Below are positions 44,705 to 53,796 of a stretch of 64,000 nucleotides of DNA, piece by piece; position 1 is the first letter of the stretch; each line of letters starts with the position of its first letter. Source of the stretch: Candidatus Eiseniibacteriota bacterium (GTDB lineage Bacteria > Eisenbacteria > RBG-16-71-46 > CAZAMP01); contig OZ245046.1 of the NCBI GenBank assembly GCA_965224245.1, positions 2,784,001-2,848,000 on the forward strand. The letters are read 5' to 3'. The position numbers and the translations under genes were made by a program. The notes below the pieces were generated by a model. That model was not told where the DNA came from and searched no databases. It saw nothing but the letters and a program-made list of their open reading frames with translations.

Positions 44705-46030
44705 ATGCCCACCCGCGCGTCGCTCGTGAGCGCTCTCGTCGCCGGCGCGGTGCTCGCGGCCCTGATGGCGATCCGGCTCGGCGCACCGTGGCAGTACATC
44801 CACGACGACAACGGCGCTTGGACGCAGGGGGTGGCCGCGGCCCGGCTCCATGCGGGGTGGGCGGCCACGTACGGTCAGGACTTCTTTCTGAGTCGCCAGG
44901 ACGGCACGCTCGTCCCGTACCTCCATCACCCGCCGCTGTACGGCGCATGCGCGGCGGCGTGGATCGCGCTCGCCGGAGTGGACTCGCCCCTCGGGGTTCG
45001 ACTCCTGCCGTATCTCTGGCATCTCGTCGGGTTCGCCGGCTTCGCGATGCTGGCCGCGCGTGTGTGGGCGCGTGACCTCGTCGCGTACCGGATCGCGCTC
45101 GTCACGTACGCGGTCGTTCCGATGAGCACCTACTTCGGCAAGATGCCGTTCAACGAGCCGATGGGCCTCGCGCTTCTGACCTGGGCGTTTCTGTGGCTCC
45201 ACCGGCATCGCGCGTCCGGGCGCCGGGCCGATCTCGCCGCGAGCCTCGCCTGCTGGGTGCTCGCCGGTCTGACGAGCTGGACCGCGTACGTGCTCTGGTT
45301 CGCGGCGTGGATCTGGACGCTCTCCGATCTCCGCGATCCCGACCCGGGCACGATCCGTCACGCGCGGCGGGCGGCGCTCGCTCTCGCCGTCCTGGCCCTG
45401 GCCACGTGCGGGTCGACCGCCGGGCACCTGGCGTGGGTCGCACACCGGGTCCGGGACTCGACCACGGCCGAGCACGCCACGCTCGGCGACGCTGCGAGAC
45501 ACTGGGGGCTCCTGGCACTCGACCCGCATGAGGCGGTCAGACGCGTCGGCAAGGCGGTGGACTTTCACCGCGTGTACTTCGCGAACGTACCGTTCGTGCT
45601 CTACGTGGTGTGGCTGGCGGCACGCGCGCGCGACGTCGTGCGTCGCGTCCGACTCACGAGCGACGCGCGGCTCCTCGTCCTGGGCTCGGCCGGGTGCGCC
45701 CTGTGGGTCATCTCGTTCCTGCGGCAGACGACCGTTCACGCCTACGGACAGTTCTGGTACCTGCCGTTCGAGTGTCTCGCGGTCGGTGGGATCGGATCGG
45801 GGATGTGGCGCCCTCGACCCGCCGGGCGCGAGCGGTCCCGCCGCGCCCGCGTGGCGCTGGCGTCGGTCCTCGTGGCGGGAACGATCGTGTCGACCGCGAC
45901 GTTTCTCGCCCACCGATACCGCGGACCGTCAGGGTACGCGGTCGACGGAGCCGCGAGGCTGCGCGCGGCCTACGTGCTGGAGCGACCGGGCGCGAACCCC
46001 GGCGCCGACGAGCCCCAGCGCCACCAGTAG
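44705..46030 (+). CDS. ArnT/PMT-like GT-C glycosyltransferase
   Basis: DD motif in the first outer loop (IHDDNGA), YLHHPPLY, VRLLP, multiple TM segments. Confidence 0.72.
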   Translation: MPTRASLVSALVAGAVLAALMAIRLGAPWQYIHDDNGAWTQGVAAARLHAGWAATYGQDFFLSRQDGTLVPYLHHPPLYGACAAAWIALAGVDSPLGVRLLPYLWHLVGFAGFAMLAARVWARDLVAYRIALVTYAVVPMSTYFGKMPFNEPMGLALLTWAFLWLHRHRASGRRADLAASLACWVLAGLTSWTAYVLWFAAWIWTLSDLRDPDPGTIRHARRAALALAVLALATCGSTAGHLAWVAHRVRDSTTAEHATLGDAARHWGLLALDPHEAVRRVGKAVDFHRVYFANVPFVLYVVWLAARARDVVRRVRLTSDARLLVLGSAGCALWVISFLRQTTVHAYGQFWYLPFECLAVGGIGSGMWRPRPAGRERSRRARVALASVLVAGTIVSTATFLAHRYRGPSGYAVDGAARLRAAYVLERPGANPGADEPQRHQ

Positions 46031-48256
46031 CTGGGCGAGCCGGGAGAGCGCGATCCACGCCGGCAGACGCTCGTCGATCCGGATCTCGTGCGCGCCGGGC
46101 GCCACGTCCACCACGATGCCGCCGAGCGGCCCCGCGCTCCAGGTGACGGGCTCCCCGTCGACGTGCACGACGGCATGACGGGACGGATTGCGCGACAGTC
46201 GCACGCGCGCGGACCCGAGGTCGGGAAGCGCGAAGATCGACGTCGGCCCCTCGAAGCGCCTCGTGGCACCGGGCACGGGTCGTGGTCGCGCGTCACGCCA
46301 CCAGGCGAGCCCCTCGGTCGTGAGCCGCGCGGATTCCTCCGGCGACAGTCCGCGGGGCGGCACGGTGCCCGGCTCCGGCGTCGGCGGCGGATGCGGGTCG
46401 CCGGGATCGAGCACGTGCACCGGCGAGGCCCCGGTGATCACCAGCACCGGGGCATCCGGCGCACGCGTCACTCCCGGAGGCAGCTCCGGGACGTCGGGGC
46501 GGACGTGGCCGGTGCGCGTGGTCAGCGTCACGCATCGAACGTCGTGAAACGCCAGGAGTCCGGCGACGTCGGCCGGCAGCGCGCGCTCGCCGAGCGACGC
46601 GGCCACCGTGTCGATCAGCGCGAGCTGGTGCTTGTACGCGGGCGGCGACCCCTGGATGAACGGACCTCCGACGCTGGGAATGCGCCGCGTGGGCGCGTAG
46701 TGCCAGGAGCTGGCTTGCGCGCGCCCGCGCGCGTCGACCGGCAGCTCGAGCCAGCGCCCGTCTCCGACGAGCGTCTCCACGCGATCCAGCGTGGCGGCTC
46801 GACCGGCGTCCGGGTGTACGTACGGCGCGAGCAGGCTGAACGGGGCGACGTCCAGCAAGAGGACGAGACACGCGGCGGCGACCCAGCGTGGCCGTTTCGA
46901 GAGCGACGCCATGCACGCGGCGACACCCAGCACGAGACCGACGGCGGCCAGATCGGCTCCGGGACGGCCGGGCGCGGTCAGTGCGAACGGGACGAGCGCC
47001 ATCACCGCCGCGTCCAGACTCCCCGGCGCGCCGCCGCTTCGCGCTCGACGCGAGCGGAGCACGCCGGAGGCGGCGAGGATCACGACGCTGAGCCCCACGT
47101 ACGTCGTCGAGAGCGGATGCCAGCGGACCGCGGCCAGGAGCGTGTCCGCCGGGGGGAGCGACAGCCCGACCCCACCTCCGCGTCCCGCCTCGCGCGCGAA
47201 CTCGCTGGACCACAGGAACCGCCCCGCGCTCGTCCCCACGAGGACGGCGGCGCCGAGGGCCGCCACGAGGATGCCCAGGGTCCGCTCCGCGAGCCATCTG
47301 CGCCGCGCGGCCCCTCCGAGCGCGCTCGCCACCCGGACCGTGCGCACGGCACCGAACGAGGCGCCGATGCCGAAAGCGACGAGCGCGGCCCCCGCATGGG
47401 CCTCGAACGCCAGCCAGGCCGCGACCGCGCTCAGCGCCGCGCCGGCGATGGGACGTCTGCCCCGCACGATCTCCTCGACGCCCACGAGGATCCACGGCAT
47501 GGCGGCGATGGTCAGCGACTCGGGCAGCCGGCCGCGCCACATCGCGCACGCGTGCACCGTCGGCAGAAGCCCGAACACGAGCCCGCTCACGATGCTCGCC
47601 ACGCGCGAGCGGTGAAGGCGCCACGCCAGCAGCGCGAGTCCGGCCGCGCCGATCGCCCGCGCGGTCCACACCAGCACCTTCGCCGCGCTCGACGCAGAGA
47701 GCCCGAGATCGATCCAGACGCCGAGGCACGCGTGGGCGAGCGGCGGGTACTCCTGTCCGATCGGATACCCGCCGTACCAGAGATCCGTCCACACCGGCAC
47801 GCGCAGCCGCGCGAGCTCCTCCGACCAGTACCAGCCGCGCGCGACGTGCGTCTTCGAGTCCGCGAGCGTCATCTCTCCGCCGGCCAGGAGCGCCACCGTG
47901 GCCAGGAGCGTGCCCGCGACGACCCACGCGATCGGCGTCAGCGCGCCTCCGGTGGTGATCGGCGACGGGCGCGTCTCGCCGGTCGCCCGTGCGCTCGTGG
48001 CGGCCTCCGCACCGGCCCCCAGCCCGCGAACCGTCGCCAGCACGCTGATCGCGGCCACGATCAGACACGTGACCGCGACGATCGACGCCGCGAGCACCAG
48101 CGACGGCATCGGCCACAGCGCCGACGGATCGACGCGTCCCTCGGACAGCAGCGTGTCGAAGAGGCGATCGCGGCACCATGGCGAGACCACGCAGCCGAGG
48201 AGCGGCCAGGCGAGCGCGAGGCACGCGAGCGTCTTCAGAGGAGCACGATGGGTCAC
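45929..48256 (-). CDS. PTPS-related/YfhO-like GT-C membrane protein
   Basis: D...H...W..LWYGGYP....YPPL, many TM segments, YVGL, and C-terminal VDGEPV...VAPGAHEIRI followed by a final TM. Confidence 0.72.
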   Translation of the reverse strand: MTHRAPLKTLACLALAWPLLGCVVSPWCRDRLFDTLLSEGRVDPSALWPMPSLVLAASIVAVTCLIVAAISVLATVRGLGAGAEAATSARATGETRPSPITTGGALTPIAWVVAGTLLATVALLAGGEMTLADSKTHVARGWYWSEELARLRVPVWTDLWYGGYPIGQEYPPLAHACLGVWIDLGLSASSAAKVLVWTARAIGAAGLALLAWRLHRSRVASIVSGLVFGLLPTVHACAMWRGRLPESLTIAAMPWILVGVEEIVRGRRPIAGAALSAVAAWLAFEAHAGAALVAFGIGASFGAVRTVRVASALGGAARRRWLAERTLGILVAALGAAVLVGTSAGRFLWSSEFAREAGRGGGVGLSLPPADTLLAAVRWHPLSTTYVGLSVVILAASGVLRSRRARSGGAPGSLDAAVMALVPFALTAPGRPGADLAAVGLVLGVAACMASLSKRPRWVAAACLVLLLDVAPFSLLAPYVHPDAGRAATLDRVETLVGDGRWLELPVDARGRAQASSWHYAPTRRIPSVGGPFIQGSPPAYKHQLALIDTVAASLGERALPADVAGLLAFHDVRCVTLTTRTGHVRPDVPELPPGVTRAPDAPVLVITGASPVHVLDPGDPHPPPTPEPGTVPPRGLSPEESARLTTEGLAWWRDARPRPVPGATRRFEGPTSIFALPDLGSARVRLSRNPSRHAVVHVDGEPVTWSAGPLGGIVVDVAPGAHEIRIDERLPAWIALSRLAQLLVALGLVGAGVRARSLQHVGRAQPRGSVDRVP

Positions 48257-48777
48257 GGCAGGAGACGCCGCGCCTCGGTGCAGCGCGATCGCCAGTACGG
48301 CGCATCCAGGCGCGACACGACGACCCCCTCGCGGCTGGACGCATGCGCGAAGCGCGTGCGGTCGAGATACACGCCCACGTGGTCGGGCCCGGCGCTCGCG
48401 CCGTCGATCGCGAAGAACACGAGATCACCGGGGCGCAGCGCGTCCAGGCCCACCCGCCATCCGGCCCCGGTCTGGCGCGCGACCGTTCTCGGAAGCTCGC
48501 GCCGGAAGAGCTCGATGTAGAGGCGCTGGACGAAGCCGGAACAATCGATGCCGGTCTCGGTCTGGCCACCCAGCCGATGGGGCGTTCCCCGCCAGGCCTC
48601 GACGTATCCTTCCAGCGTCGCGAGCCGACGCTCGAGCTCGTGACGCTCGCCGGCATCCCGGACGTCGGCCGAGCCGATGCCGCGTGCGGCGGCCATGTTC
48701 GACGCACAGGCGAGCGTCCCCCCGAGCATCGCGACCAGGAGGGTGCCCGTGATCACGACGCGAACGTGCGCCGCCAC
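48253..48777 (-). CDS. NlpC/P60 (C40) peptidase, probable lipoprotein
   Basis: W.GTPH.LGG....GIDCSGFV, LPRT...Q, LRPGDLVFF, HVGVY, FAHAS. Lipobox TLA-C. Start uncertain. Confidence 0.9.
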   Translation of the reverse strand: MAAHVRVVITGTLLVAMLGGTLACASNMAAARGIGSADVRDAGERHELERRLATLEGYVEAWRGTPHRLGGQTETGIDCSGFVQRLYIELFRRELPRTVARQTGAGWRVGLDALRPGDLVFFAIDGASAGPDHVGVYLDRTRFAHASSREGVVVSRLDAPYWRSRCTEARRLLP

Positions 48778-48819
48778 CGAACGGGTCGCACCCCGCGGCG
48801 GCGTCCGTCCGGGCCGCAG

Positions 48820-49255
48820 GCTGGCGAGCCACGTGTACCCTCTCGACCGCGACGGGGGCTCCATGCGGAACCGAGAGGAAGTGGATCCCGGCGGGCACGG
48901 CCCGGCCCGATGCATCCCGGAGATCCCACGTGATCGAGGGTCGATTGCCGTCATCGGTCCTGATCTCCCGAGCTCGTCGCCCGCGCGCGTCGACGACGGC
49001 GATCGAGGTGACGTCCGGTGGCGCCGCGACGTGCAGCGCCGCGTGTGCCGGATTGGGCAACGCGTCGAGCCGCCGGAGCACCGGTGGGGGCACGTCGCCG
49101 ACCTCCAGCGCGTTCAGCGCGAACGGATACCACTCTCCGGCGGCGATGTCACCGTCGCCGTCGCCGGACGGCGGCAACAGGACGAGCGGATCGCCATGGT
49201 CGGTGCCGTGGTGCGCGGCCCCCAGGTAGATTGCGGGCGGCCGCCGTTCCGCTCG
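48820..49255 (-). pseudogene. Orphan C-terminal remnant of a secreted FlgD/T9SS-CTD protein
   Basis: LPNP...VVDARGRRAREI...ITWDLRDASGRAVPAGIHFL...RVHVAR. In-frame TGA at 49256-49258 upstream, no signal peptide, and no stop after the domain. Confidence 0.6.
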
Positions 49256-49436
49256 TCACTTCCCGCAAGAGCCTAGCCCATCATCCACGTGCGCGCGACG
49301 CGTTCGACCCGCGCCACCCCGTCCGCGATCTCCGTCCCGGTAGTGGAGCCCCCACCGGTGTGATACCGTCCGCGTCGTTCCCACCTCGCGGGTGCGCTCG
49401 GCGCCGGGAACGTTGCTCGACCTCGGAGATGCACAC

Positions 49437-50858
49437 ATGGGCTCGTCGACGTCTCGTATCGCCGGAGCCGTTCTGCCCGCGGCGTGCGCGCTGTGTGCGC
49501 TCGGGCTTGTCGTGCTGGCGGGCTGTGGCGACGACGGCGGCACGTCCCCGGGCCCACCCACGGACCCGATGCTGCGCGCGCCCGACGCGTGGGCGGGCAC
49601 GTGGCAGAGACGCTCGACGCCGGGCACCGGACGCGGCGGCGAGGACGTCGAGATCTCACCGCTCTGCGCGGGTGCGGACGTCGCGGCGGCCTTCGGCCTG
49701 GAGTCGATCGGCACGCTGGGCAGGCTCTCGTGCACGGGCGTGTGGAACGACGCGGTCGCCGACTTCGTGTGCACCGGCCCGGTGTCCATCGGACCGTGTG
49801 CCGCCGTGCTGACGCTGGAGGTCGATCTCGTTCTCTCCGGCGACGTGTTCTCCGGCGTCGTCACCCGGTCGATCGACGTGGACGACGCGTGCACGCTCGA
49901 GCCGGTCGTTGCGACGTCCGTGATCGAGGCCCGCCGACTCGACGCGGGAACCCCCGGGTGCGACCAACCCGAGGACGGCATCGCGTTCGGCGACGTACCC
50001 GCCGTGCTCGCCGGACGGTGGACGATCACCTGGACCCCGAGCGCGAGCTGCGACGACGTCACGGGGGTGGGCGACCCGACGGTGTGGTCCGACCGGCTCG
50101 TCTGCACGGGGGCGCCGATCCACGAGGTCTTCGGGGCGACCGGAAGCCCCGACGCGCTCGGCGGCTTCCTCGTGGACGGGGACGACGTCCGGGGCGAGGC
50201 CTTCTGGTCGCTCACCGACGATGACGGTCCCTGCACGGTCATCACGACGTTCGAGCTGACGGTGGAGGGCTCGGCCTCGGGCGGCGCGCTGTCGGGAACG
50301 CTGCGCCGGTCCACACGCACGATCGGGGGCGACGGCGGCTGCGTGGACGAGGTGATCTGCACCGGGTCGTGGGTCGAGGCCACGCGAACGAGCACCGACG
50401 TCTCGGCCTGTCCGCCCGACGGTGGTGGCGACGAGGTGCTCACGACGTTCGTGCTTCCGGTCGCCTGGGCCGGTCGGTGGTCGGTGAGCAACACGGTGAT
50501 CGACTGCCGCGCCGACGACGTGCTGTTCTCGGGCACCCTCGCCGAGACCTGGTGCCCGTCCGCCGCGCTGACCGACGTCTTCTTCCCCACGACCATCCCG
50601 CCCGGCTACGAGTGGGCGTGCGAGGAAGCCGTGCTCTCCGACACGGAGATCCGGATCACCTGCACCGGAACGCGCGGCTCCGGCACCCCGTGCGTGGAGG
50701 TGCAGAGCGTCTCGCTCAGCGTCGTTCGCACGTCGGAGACCACCTTCGAGGGCGCCGCCGCGTACGGCGCCGCGTCGACGTCGGACTGCGGGGTGGAGAC
50801 CACGTGCCTGACCCGCGCCTTCGACGGAACGCTGTCGGGGCCGCCCGACTGCCCCTAG
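49437..50858 (+). CDS. Cys-rich lipoprotein with three repeated beta-rich domains
   Basis: GGAG RBS, lipobox VLAG-C. Units start PDAWAGTW, PAVLAGRW and PVAWAGRW. Confidence 0.8.
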   Translation: MGSSTSRIAGAVLPAACALCALGLVVLAGCGDDGGTSPGPPTDPMLRAPDAWAGTWQRRSTPGTGRGGEDVEISPLCAGADVAAAFGLESIGTLGRLSCTGVWNDAVADFVCTGPVSIGPCAAVLTLEVDLVLSGDVFSGVVTRSIDVDDACTLEPVVATSVIEARRLDAGTPGCDQPEDGIAFGDVPAVLAGRWTITWTPSASCDDVTGVGDPTVWSDRLVCTGAPIHEVFGATGSPDALGGFLVDGDDVRGEAFWSLTDDDGPCTVITTFELTVEGSASGGALSGTLRRSTRTIGGDGGCVDEVICTGSWVEATRTSTDVSACPPDGGGDEVLTTFVLPVAWAGRWSVSNTVIDCRADDVLFSGTLAETWCPSAALTDVFFPTTIPPGYEWACEEAVLSDTEIRITCTGTRGSGTPCVEVQSVSLSVVRTSETTFEGAAAYGAASTSDCGVETTCLTRAFDGTLSGPPDCP

Positions 50859-50870
50859 TCCCCCAGGCGC

Positions 50871-53174
50871 TCAGAGCTCGACCGACGTCCCGAAGAGCCA
50901 GTTGCGTCCCGGCATCCGATAGCGTGCGAGCTCCTCGTACCGTGCGTCGAAGAGGTTGTTGACGCGCGCCGAGAGCCCCACCCGGTCCGTGATTCGCTGT
51001 CGAACCGCCGCGCCGAACACCCAGAAGGCACTCGGTCGCTGCAGCGGAAACAGGAACACCTCCTCGACGTCGCTACGGTACCGGGCATCGGCGATCACCT
51101 GCGTTCGCCGCCACGTGCCGCCCAGGGATGCCTGGAGAGAGTGTTTCGGACGATAGGCCAGAACGTCGTCGACCCGGCCCGGCGAGCGATCCTCGGCGTC
51201 GAGATACGTGTAGCCGACCGACGCACTCACCGCGTCGATCCAGCGCGCCGTCACCGACGCATCGACACCTCGCATGCGCGCGCGATTCAGATTCCGGACC
51301 TGAAACAGCGGATAGTCGACACCGAACTCTCCGGCGACGTCGACCCAGTAGATGAGATCCTCGTAGTCGTACCGGAACAGCGCGACGTCCAGCTCGACCG
51401 AGGACACCGGCTCGAGACGCACCCCCGCCTCCCAGGATGCCGTCATCCGCTCGGCGTCCAGCGACGGGTTGGGGACGAACTCGATGCCGCCGCCGATCTC
51501 GCGCCGGAGAAACCGCTCGGCGATCGTGGGCGCCCGGAACGCCCGGCCGTACAACGCCCGCACCGCGACGTCCGGCGTCGGGTTCCAGACCACCGAGACC
51601 TTCGGGCTGAGCTGGCGGAGCGTCCGTCCGGACACCAGGTGGTTGACGTCGTACCGCAGCCCGAGCGTGGCGGACCAGCGCTCGGAGAGCCGCAGCTCGT
51701 CCTGCGCGAAGAGGGCCACGTTGCTGGTCCGATGATCGCCGTAGAGCGTCGAGTCGGGCGAGGACCGCACGTCGTCGATCTGGACGTCGACGCCGGCCAC
51801 GAGGTAGTTCCGATCGCTCAGGTAGGCGTCGACCTGCGTGATGTTCCCGAGCTTGGCGCCGTCGATGCGGGTCCGAAAGCCGTACGGCTCGTTGCCGGGA
51901 ATCTCCCCGTCCGGATCGTCCTCGTTGAAGAACGACCGCTGCCGATGGTCGTAGTAGTAGAAACGCGAGGAGTACTTCTGTCGTGCGCTGGGGACCGCCC
52001 AGTAATGGACGTCGGCGCTGAAGTAGTCCTTGCTCTGTTCATCGTCGGCGTACTCCGGACGGATCGACAGGGGCCGGGACGAGTTGAGCCACGCGTGCGG
52101 ATAGTCCGCGTCGGCCGATCCTCCCCCGAGGGTTACCTCGAGGTTCCGGTTGTCGGGCAGATCGAACAGCATCTTCGCGAAGAGATCGACGAACGCGTAC
52201 GAGGTACCCTGCGCGTGGCCGTCGGACTGCTTCCGACTGGCGCTGACGAGGTAGCTCACCCAGTCCCGCGTGCCCGAGTAGTTGAACGAGACCTGGGATT
52301 GCAGCGGCGTGTCCTCGGTGTAGCGGATCTCCGACGGGGCTTTCTCGTAGAAGCCGGCGCTCGCGTCGACCACGAGGCGCGAAGGGGCGTCGGGGCGGCG
52401 CGTGATCACGTTCACGACGCCGCCCATCGCGGTCGAGCCGTAGAGGCTCGAGAACGCACCCTTGACGATCTCCACCCGGTCCACGAACCCCGTGGGAACG
52501 AGGCTCCAGAACGCACCGCCCGAGTCACTGGTGAGCGCGGGACGACCATCCACGAGGAGGAGCACGCGGTTACCCACCCCGCCTCCCGCCACGTCCGACG
52601 CGCCGCGAATCGACATGGACTGGACCGAGATCGGGGTCGATCGAAACGCCGCCACGCCGGGCACCTGTTCCAGTGCCTGGTCGAACGTCGTGACCTGCCG
52701 GGCCGCGATCTCGTCGCGGCTCATGATGACCACGCTGGCCGGCGCGGACTTCGCGGTCTGCTCGCGGCGGGTCGCGGTGACCACGACGGGCCCGGCGTCC
52801 ACGATCCGGGGCGCGAGCCGGATCGACTGCGTGATCAGCCGGCCGGCGAGGACGCGAACGCCGTCGGCGCCCGCGGCATCGTAGCCGGACGCGTCGGCGC
52901 GGATCGTGTACGACCCCGGCGGCACCAGGCGGATCACGAATCGGCCTTCGGCGTCGGTGAAGACGGCTCGCCCCAGCGGCTCCAGCCGAACGCGCGCGTC
53001 GGGAATCGGATCCGACGTCCCTTCCGCGAGCACGTACCCCGAGACCGTCCCGCCGGTGTCGACGACGGGCGGCACGGGCTCGGCGCGCGCCGTCGACGCG
53101 ACGAGCGTGACCACGGCGAGCACGAAGCCGACCGCCGGCGGCACGCGCCGGCGGCCCGGACACCGGTGCGTCAC
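50871..53174 (-). CDS. TonB-dependent receptor
   Basis: Carboxypeptidase-regulatory-like N-domain, VVVTATRREQ, plug LVDGRP...RVEIVKG..SSLYGSTAMGGVVNVIT, NNLFD..Y. GTGA-coupled to the upstream lipoprotein. Confidence 0.93.
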   Translation of the reverse strand: MTHRCPGRRRVPPAVGFVLAVVTLVASTARAEPVPPVVDTGGTVSGYVLAEGTSDPIPDARVRLEPLGRAVFTDAEGRFVIRLVPPGSYTIRADASGYDAAGADGVRVLAGRLITQSIRLAPRIVDAGPVVVTATRREQTAKSAPASVVIMSRDEIAARQVTTFDQALEQVPGVAAFRSTPISVQSMSIRGASDVAGGGVGNRVLLLVDGRPALTSDSGGAFWSLVPTGFVDRVEIVKGAFSSLYGSTAMGGVVNVITRRPDAPSRLVVDASAGFYEKAPSEIRYTEDTPLQSQVSFNYSGTRDWVSYLVSASRKQSDGHAQGTSYAFVDLFAKMLFDLPDNRNLEVTLGGGSADADYPHAWLNSSRPLSIRPEYADDEQSKDYFSADVHYWAVPSARQKYSSRFYYYDHRQRSFFNEDDPDGEIPGNEPYGFRTRIDGAKLGNITQVDAYLSDRNYLVAGVDVQIDDVRSSPDSTLYGDHRTSNVALFAQDELRLSERWSATLGLRYDVNHLVSGRTLRQLSPKVSVVWNPTPDVAVRALYGRAFRAPTIAERFLRREIGGGIEFVPNPSLDAERMTASWEAGVRLEPVSSVELDVALFRYDYEDLIYWVDVAGEFGVDYPLFQVRNLNRARMRGVDASVTARWIDAVSASVGYTYLDAEDRSPGRVDDVLAYRPKHSLQASLGGTWRRTQVIADARYRSDVEEVFLFPLQRPSAFWVFGAAVRQRITDRVGLSARVNNLFDARYEELARYRMPGRNWLFGTSVEL

Positions 53175-53659
53175 GGGGCAAGAAGGTCGAGGTCGGCGGT
53201 GAAGTCGAGCCCGGTTCGCATCGGGGCCTCGCGATCGATCGCGACGCCGCTCGGCATCTCCAGCGGCAGACCGAGTTCGCTGACGCCGACACTGTCGGGC
53301 CACTCCCAGTACATGCCGATCAGCTGCGCGCTCGTCACGTCAGCCGGATCCCGCCAGCTCACGTAGATCCCCGCATACTCGGCGAACTCGAGCCCGTCGA
53401 ATCGGAAGTCGTACGTGGACGGCTCGCCTGTGATCACCCCAGTTGCCTGCTCCGGTGGGCCCATGGGCACCCACGGCGGCGACAGCGTCGCATACAGCGA
53501 GACCTGAACCTCGCCGCTCGTCGGCCACGTGCCCTCGAACGATACGCGGCCCTCTAGGCTGCCGGTCGTCGGATCCGTGGTCTCGTCGTCGTCACAACCC
53601 GCACCCACCGTCAGCGCGACGAACGCCGCGATCGTGAGCCGTCGGGGAAAGTCTCGCAT
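53171..53659 (-). CDS. Lipoprotein of unknown function
   Basis: GGGAGG RBS, signal MRDFPRRLTIAAFVALTVGAG-C. Confidence 0.82.
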   Translation of the reverse strand: MRDFPRRLTIAAFVALTVGAGCDDDETTDPTTGSLEGRVSFEGTWPTSGEVQVSLYATLSPPWVPMGPPEQATGVITGEPSTYDFRFDGLEFAEYAGIYVSWRDPADVTSAQLIGMYWEWPDSVGVSELGLPLEMPSGVAIDREAPMRTGLDFTADLDLLAP

Positions 53660-53796
53660 CGCATCCTCCCTGGGCTTGCCACCGAGCCTCGCGATCGCGG
53701 AGAGCGATCGTCCGGCGCCCCGGTCCTTCCGAAGGCGAGCGAGCATACCGGCAGTCGCGCCGTGGCGCCAGTGCCGGTCGCCGGTACGTCATGTGA

